A stretch of 64,000 nucleotides of DNA from an uncultured bacterium (GTDB taxonomy: Bacteria; Chlamydiota; Chlamydiia; Chlamydiales; SM23-39): contig CAZVXF010000005.1 in the NCBI GenBank assembly GCA_964630875.1, positions 199 through 64,198 of the forward strand, read 5' to 3'. Below the pieces are notes generated by a model. It saw only the letters and a list, made by a program, of their open reading frames with translations, searched no databases and had not been told where the DNA came from. This document shows, one piece after another, positions 58,754-64,000 of this stretch. The translations under genes and the position numbers were made by a program. Within the stretch, counting starts at the first letter, position 1. Every line of letters starts with the position of its first letter.

Positions 58754-59578
58754 ATTGATCCCCAAAATAAATCCCTTATCGCTTTTGCTTCTGGCATTAT
58801 GTCTGGAACTCTGCGCGGAGGTCAAGAGGGGCTAACAGAGTTCATTCCTTCATTGATTACTTCTTTAAAAATGCTTGGATCAGGGGTTTGGGCTTTTGTT
58901 CAAAATCCAGTAGAAATTTCTTCCGAATTTGCTAACGCGGTATACGATATAGTTGAATCTGTGCAATCGTTTGAGGATTTCTCTTCTATCTTAATCCCGG
59001 AATTAAAGGATCTAGTTTCCAATTGGGAAGAAATGTCCTCTTTTCAAAAGGGAGGGTCTTGTGGTCACATTATAGGAAAATATGGGATCGATATTCTTTT
59101 ACCTTTGGGTGTTGCAAAAGGAGGAAAAGCATTTGTTAAATTGAGACAAGCTTCTGCAGTTCATGTATTTGAAGCTTACGTTAAATCAGAAACAAACGCT
59201 TTGCAACTTCAGAAAAATGCTCAATTAGCACTTGTCGACAAAGTGAAGAAAACAGGTCAATTGAAAAATGCCAAGTCGGCTATTCTTTATGATGACAAAT
59301 TCACAAAATATGCATTGAAAAACGACGGAAAAGTTAAAGGATTTAGAGAAATATTAGGCTTTAATGAAACAAATTGGACAGAGCTGCAAGATAAAATTAA
59401 AAAAGGAATTTTGGAAAATATGGCAAAATTCCATAAGATAGACAAGCATGGAGCTAAATTTACAATTGACATGATAATTGAAGGCCCAAAAGGCAAGTCA
59501 AATGTTAGAACTGGATGGATATACAAACCTGGAAAAGAGCAGCCCGAGCTTACGACTTTATTCGTTTGCACAGAGTAA
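58754..59578 (+). pseudogene. Orphan C-terminal cassette A2' (start-less duplicate of A1 residues from about 345 onward, with a diverged DUF6883-like tip)
   Basis: 58754..59173 showed no mismatch to 57060..57479 in a manual comparison, and the sequence then diverges. There is no N-terminal domain and no ATG at the homology boundary, only a TTG at 58742. The frame is open to 59578. Confidence 0.7.
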
Positions 59579-59585
59579 AAAATTA

Positions 59586-60149
59586 ATGAAAAATGGCGAT
59601 AAAATCCTTATCAAGGATAGCTTTGTATTGAATGAAGCAAAGGGAACAATTTTGGCTTCGTTACCACCAGTTAATTCTAAGAAACTTCTTGTAGAAGTTT
59701 CTTATAAAAAACCATTGATCCTTGAGCTTGATGAATCAGAAGTAACAAGATCTGATAAGAATAAACATGTTCGAATTTCCAAATACTACTGTCAAGAAGA
59801 AGGAAGTGCTGGAACAATTGTGCAAGTTTTGCGCCGTGGTAAGTATCTTTGCGAGTTTGATGGCCCTTTTTGTAATATGATTTTAAAGGAAAAAGAAATT
59901 ATGAAATGGGAGCCAGAGAAAGGGGTTTTTGCTCTTTTAGATGTTGTCCGGCTCACAGAAGATTTTCCTGAATATAACTTAAAAAAGGGCGCTGAAGGAA
60001 CTATTGTCCTTGTATTCTTTAAGCCATCCCTTGCGTATGATGTTGAATTTCATTTTGGAGAAGATGCAGATCCGCCATGGGATAGCTTCACATTTTCTCC
60101 ACATCATCTCGAATTTGTTCGGAGTCTTTCAAGCACACTTCAGAATTGA
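59586..60149 (+). CDS. Immunity-like protein I2 (paralogue of I1, diverged N-terminal two modules, near-identical C-terminal module)
   Basis: Same length (187 aa) and spacing as I1. The final roughly 85 codons are nearly identical to I1, and the first roughly 100 are clearly diverged. Confidence 0.65.
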   Translation: MKNGDKILIKDSFVLNEAKGTILASLPPVNSKKLLVEVSYKKPLILELDESEVTRSDKNKHVRISKYYCQEEGSAGTIVQVLRRGKYLCEFDGPFCNMILKEKEIMKWEPEKGVFALLDVVRLTEDFPEYNLKKGAEGTIVLVFFKPSLAYDVEFHFGEDADPPWDSFTFSPHHLEFVRSLSSTLQN

Positions 60150-60165
60150 TATAAGGGTGTCGTAG

Positions 60166-60275
60166 CAGAACTGACGCATTATAATTCTCCCAATAAAGAC
60201 AGGCTACGAAAAACAGGCGAGTAAGCACACTCTTTCATTTTGATTTTTAACTTCTTATGAAAATCTATTGCTTTC
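60166..60275 (-). mobile_element. Short 3' remnant of the same ISAs1-family IS, in inverted orientation
   Basis: The reverse complement aligns to 55801..55910 with scattered mismatches and encodes LKAIDFHKKLKIKMKECAYSPVFRSLSLLGEL*. Homology stops at the same terminal sequence ...taatgcgtcagttctg. Confidence 0.75.
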
Positions 60276-60634
60276 AAATCACCCACCTTGAAGTGGACCC
60301 CAAAACTGGACAGGTCAATACGGCTGTAGAAATTCTAAACGATTCACGAGGGCCCTCTTAGGATACCCAAACAATTTACCCCTCCATAAAGAACCAAGTC
60401 AATAGGTTTTGCTGAGGTGTTGTCAATTCACTGCCCTCCCCTTCTCATTGAAAGGTAAAAAATGACCATCCCAATTTCTCTTAATTATTGTGCAAGTGGG
60501 GAGAAAAATCGTATCACGTAAAAAAATAAATCATTCCCATGAGTGGATACTTGGTGCAGAAAAATTCGCCGGTACGCTAAGTGTAGGTTTAAAAAGTGCT
60601 TTTTGAAAACAATATGGAGATCCTCCCCTGACAT

Positions 60635-61021
60635 ATGACCACTAAAAAGAAAGAATCCATTCTAAAGGAAGCGTTTTCCCTCAAAAGTCTAAAAAGGGAT
60701 TGGGAAAGAGCAATGATGACAAAAAGAGAAGAACCTTTCCTTTTCTGGTCATTTGGATCTTTAGGTGTTGCTCTTTTACTACTAGGAGGCCTGAGCTTGG
60801 CAGCAAACATTCTGTTTGTATATCGGAATGCGGCCAGCACAAAGATTCAGGTTGTTATTAGTGTTTTTACATTCTTAACCGGATTGCTTGGAATTTATCT
60901 TGTATCAAAGGGAATGATTTTATTTAGATCTCCAATGAATGATCGATTCAATCGTAGCCAGGGACTTGGTTTTGTTTTAATGATTTTCACTATTGTTTTA
61001 TGGATTTTAGCCAACATTTGA
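60635..61021 (+). CDS. Hypothetical membrane protein (128 aa, three TM segments)
   Basis: Charged N-terminus followed by three hydrophobic segments. No recognised motif. Confidence 0.4.
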   Translation: MTTKKKESILKEAFSLKSLKRDWERAMMTKREEPFLFWSFGSLGVALLLLGGLSLAANILFVYRNAASTKIQVVISVFTFLTGLLGIYLVSKGMILFRSPMNDRFNRSQGLGFVLMIFTIVLWILANI

Positions 61022-61303
61022 GGGTTTTAACCGACATTGAGCAGTTCCAAAAACCACTTTCCTGATTTATTCCAAGGCCATCCTATTCCTCTTCTGCCAC
61101 CTGCCATTCTTAAGAACTTTTCTGAGCTCTTTCAAAAGAGCTTCAAATGCTTTATTTAGAGGAAATTTCCAATATTCTTGGTTTGATCAGGTACATATAT
61201 TAGATAGCTGGTCTTTCAGTTTCTGAGAATCTCTGTCCATTGAAATCTATCATAGAGAAAACTCTTGATGTTTTTGTAGATTTTCTCCAGATTCTGAAGG
61301 ATT

Positions 61304-63169
61304 ATGTTGCATTTTCTTCTTTTTTTCTTATTTGGTGCTTTAAGCTCATTATTTTCATCTTCCGATTGGGATGAGGATAATAACTATTCCAGGTCTCTTG
61401 TCTCCTATGGAGGGATAAGTTTTTATTGTGATAATGGATGCGGAGATCCTAAATATGATTCTGAAGAAGCAGCTATCGAGTGGCTGTATACATGTTGGTT
61501 AGATAAACCATTGTATGCTTCACAACCCTTCTCGAGAAAAGACAATCATTTTATAGAGAAATTTGGGCTTTGCTCATGGACTGGCAATCAATTTTTTGAT
61601 ACGAGCATGCGCAGTTTCTTTTGGGAGGATGAGTTAAATGAAACTCATACTGGATTTCTTAAAATTTCTTCTGATTTTTTAGCAGGACTCCTTGAGATCA
61701 GGAATGAATGCGAAAAAAACATTGAAGAGTCTAAACAAAACATAAAGACTATCGAAGATCTTCAGTCTCAGGGGGCTCGCTTCATCGAAATCAACGGGGA
61801 TGAAATTGAGGGCTATGAACGCTGCTCGTGGAAAAGCACACCAATCGCGGAGGCTATTCAAGACGAAATTCGGGCGATTGCTTTTCAGCAATCCGATCTA
61901 GAAGAATGTGATCAATATCAAAAATATGCCGAAAATACTTTTGATCTGATCGATTCTCTCTACAGAAATATTTTTGTGTGGTGTTTAGAACACCACCAAC
62001 CTGAAGGGATTATTTTTAAAGAAGCGGTGGAAAATTTTATCGCTGCGGATTATGACAAAGCAATCGAGCAGATCAGGTTTTTGATCTCTCTTTCAGAAAA
62101 ACGTGCCTTTAATCCTGAATTAATCTCAAAACTCTACCTTCTTAAAGGGCAGTTCCAATCAGAGTTTTGTCAATATTCAGATGCTATTATCGCATTGACA
62201 ATAGCAATTGAGAAGGATCCAACGCAAAAAGAGACTTATTTCGAAAGAGCTGTCGCATATTTCGAGCTGGGACAATTTGAAAAATCTCTAGAGGATTATC
62301 TCTTATCAGACTTTGAAAATATTTCACCTAAAAACAAATTACAACGAGGTTTTTTTTCTTCCATCAGCTCCGGCGTTGTAATGGGGATCCTGGAAGGGGC
62401 CGCCAATTCTGCTACCGAATTTGTCCCCGAGACTTTGAGTTCTCTACGAGGAATAGGAAATGGACTATGGGCTTTTTCCAAAGATCCAATAGGAGCTTCA
62501 GTCGCTTTTGTGGAAGCCGCGACTCAATGCATAGAATACCTTGTAGAAAACTCGTCTGTCCAGATTGCCCAAGATTTGGTACCGGAACTCAAAAAATTAA
62601 TTCAGAACTATGACGATCTCGCTGACTTCGAGAAGGGCAAACTTATCGGTTATATTATTGGGAAATATGGAGCAGATATTTTGATGTGTCAATACTCTGT
62701 CAAAGCAGTAAAGGCTTATCGAAATCTCAAAAAAGCTAATCAACTTATGACCCTGGAAGCTTTAGCTTCACCCAAAAATGTTGAAAAAACATTGCAGGAA
62801 GCAAGTCAAAAATTTTGGGCTCAGAGAACTGCTATTTTGAAACAGAATAATCTCAAGATTCACCAAGGAAGACAAGGGAAGCATCTAGAGGATCATATAA
62901 ATTACCAAGAGCTTAAAAAGAGAAAGAAAAACCCCAGTATTTTCCAACATCCAGATCCACAACGATTACTTCAGACGTACGCTGGAACAGGAAGAAAAGT
63001 TTCAAGAGAACTACCTGGAACCACAGGGTATAGAGAAATTGTAGATTTTGAAGAATTTATAGGATATGCTGTTAACGAAATAACAGGAGAAAAAACGGCT
63101 ACCACCTTTGGGAAAATTCATTATGCCAAAGATGGAGTTCATATTGTCCCCTGTATCGGAAAAAACTAA
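61304..63169 (+). CDS. Polymorphic-toxin-like secreted protein A3 (same N-terminal architecture as A1, Ntox50-like C-terminal tip)
   Basis: Collinear with A1 through the N-terminal Cys motif (CDNGCGDPKYD), EGYER, the TPR-like block and the Gly-rich module (FSSISSGVVMGILEGAANSATEFVPETLSSLRGIGNGLWAF). The C-terminal segment HQGRQGKHLEDHINY...REIVDFEEFIGYAV...TGEKTATTFGKIHYAKDGVHIVPC matches my recollection of the polymorphic toxin type 50 domain (GKQ.KH...V.F...IG......T..G.IHYSK.G.HIVP). Confidence 0.7.
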   Translation: MLHFLLFFLFGALSSLFSSSDWDEDNNYSRSLVSYGGISFYCDNGCGDPKYDSEEAAIEWLYTCWLDKPLYASQPFSRKDNHFIEKFGLCSWTGNQFFDTSMRSFFWEDELNETHTGFLKISSDFLAGLLEIRNECEKNIEESKQNIKTIEDLQSQGARFIEINGDEIEGYERCSWKSTPIAEAIQDEIRAIAFQQSDLEECDQYQKYAENTFDLIDSLYRNIFVWCLEHHQPEGIIFKEAVENFIAADYDKAIEQIRFLISLSEKRAFNPELISKLYLLKGQFQSEFCQYSDAIIALTIAIEKDPTQKETYFERAVAYFELGQFEKSLEDYLLSDFENISPKNKLQRGFFSSISSGVVMGILEGAANSATEFVPETLSSLRGIGNGLWAFSKDPIGASVAFVEAATQCIEYLVENSSVQIAQDLVPELKKLIQNYDDLADFEKGKLIGYIIGKYGADILMCQYSVKAVKAYRNLKKANQLMTLEALASPKNVEKTLQEASQKFWAQRTAILKQNNLKIHQGRQGKHLEDHINYQELKKRKKNPSIFQHPDPQRLLQTYAGTGRKVSRELPGTTGYREIVDFEEFIGYAVNEITGEKTATTFGKIHYAKDGVHIVPCIGKN

Positions 63170-63816
63170 TGCAATTCCCCATATATTATGTTCTCTTAAG
63201 TGTACAGACTGCTCTAGAGAATGCCATCACTCCTCAATTACGTGCTGTAACGGTTGATCTTGATGAAAAAAAACGTGAGCTGCTTGTGTGTTTTTTCTAT
63301 CACGGAGAGATTACGGAGGAATTACGCACTTTGTCAAGCGTTGTCATGGCAGAAGTAGATGTAAATGCAAAAGAACATTACTCAATGTATGAAAACTCTG
63401 TTCAGGTGGATTTTCCAAAGAAAATTCCAATTCAGGGACGATTGGTTTTTTTGCGAAATGAACCAAATCTTCCTCAAATAGAAAAAGAAAATAGAAACTT
63501 TCTTCTTAAAGAATGGCCTCCTATAGCTGTTTTTCGGCTGAATATGCAGGAAGCTCTCTTGGGAAGAATATCTCCGTCTTTACGGCTTGTTAGCGTAGGA
63601 ATAAATGAAGATCAGAAACAACTCATATCGCATTTCATCTACGATGGAGAAATCTCAGAAGAGGACATGAACATGGCTTCTTCTGCAATTAATGAAGCTA
63701 GTTCCTTTTTCCCTCAATATAAAATCAATTCCTCCATTGAGAGAATTGATTTCCCAAATCAGATGCTTCCTCGTGGAACATGGGCTGTTTACTTAAGGCA
63801 AGAATGGAAATACTAA
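63169..63816 (+). CDS. Immunity candidate I3 (two tandem repeats of about 100 aa)
   Basis: The ATG overlaps the A3 stop (TAATG), which suggests translational coupling. The two halves are internally repeated (L.NAITPQLRAVTVDLDEKKRELLVCFFYHGEITEE versus LLGRISPSLRLVSVGINEDQKQLISHFIYDGEISEE). Confidence 0.6.
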   Translation: MQFPIYYVLLSVQTALENAITPQLRAVTVDLDEKKRELLVCFFYHGEITEELRTLSSVVMAEVDVNAKEHYSMYENSVQVDFPKKIPIQGRLVFLRNEPNLPQIEKENRNFLLKEWPPIAVFRLNMQEALLGRISPSLRLVSVGINEDQKQLISHFIYDGEISEEDMNMASSAINEASSFFPQYKINSSIERIDFPNQMLPRGTWAVYLRQEWKY

Positions 63817-64000
63817 ATCTATCGATATGAAAAGAGTTTTTCTCCTCCTGTTTTTCGTCACTTCTCTCTGCGCAAAAAGACCATTACAAGATGAGTCTGG
63901 TACTCTTTACACACCCATTTTTGCAGGCTCTCTTCTTTCATTCACGCCTCTTAATTCTCCCCCAGGCAACTGACTCTTAGAACCTTATCTTTTTGTGGGG

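Noticed and set aside
57060-59578. Diversity-generating retroelement (template/variable repeat) as an explanation for the duplicated toxin segment
   Set aside because: No reverse transcriptase gene is present. The differences between the copies include indels and all substitution types rather than adenine-specific changes, and the identical block is far longer than typical TR/VR pairs.
61022-61303. Possible additional IS or transposase scar upstream of A3
   Set aside because: Short open frames on both strands gave no motif I could recognise, so the evidence is insufficient.

Overview
This is a gene-dense bacterial chromosome segment with about 80 features, and its content points to an environmental, amoeba-associated member of the Chlamydiae (inference). 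The evidence is two tandem ATP/ADP-translocase (NTT) genes, a type III secretion cluster in the chlamydial order sctJ-(K)-L-R-S-T, an autotransporter or Pmp-like outer membrane protein, and several small proteins with Inc-like bilobed hydrophobic domains.

The core backbone covers roughly 1-53.6 kb:
- An LPS/Kdo operon (gmhA-lpxK-E2-kdsD).
- RNA-modification enzymes, lspA, dksA and nrdR.
- tRNA-Ser(GGA).
- A ZnuABC-like metal importer and a GT9 heptosyltransferase.
- sufBCDS and an OprB-like porin.
- rfbBDC, pgeF and pgk.
- polA-coaE-rho.
- A GT2 glycosyltransferase, an ABC-F ATPase and a NUDIX hydrolase.
- The T3SS export-gate genes, an MFS transporter and a Zn-dependent alcohol dehydrogenase.

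The most unusual part is an accessory island from about 53.6 kb to the window end. It holds a membrane-anchored GXSXG-type hydrolase with an overlapping lipoprotein gene. It also holds degraded ISAs1-family transposase remnants in inverted orientation. These bracket a polymorphic-toxin-like locus made of a 615-aa secreted protein, an immunity-like gene, a start-less orphan C-terminal cassette and a second immunity-like gene. Just outside the bracket lies a third paralogue (621 aa) with a different, Ntox50-like C-terminal tip and its own tandem-repeat immunity candidate.

The two cassette copies are mosaic: their flanks are identical or nearly identical, while the toxin tip and the N-terminal part of the immunity gene have diverged.

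Other notable items are two dispersed palindromic or MITE-like repeat families, a sufS gene fragment beside duplicated small membrane-protein genes, a prolyl-oligopeptidase gene remnant, a DksA that keeps only one of the four zinc-finger cysteines and sits next to the metal importer, and a secreted MORN-repeat protein with a caspase/CHAT-like His...Cys signature.

All family assignments come from motif recognition by eye. No database search was run.
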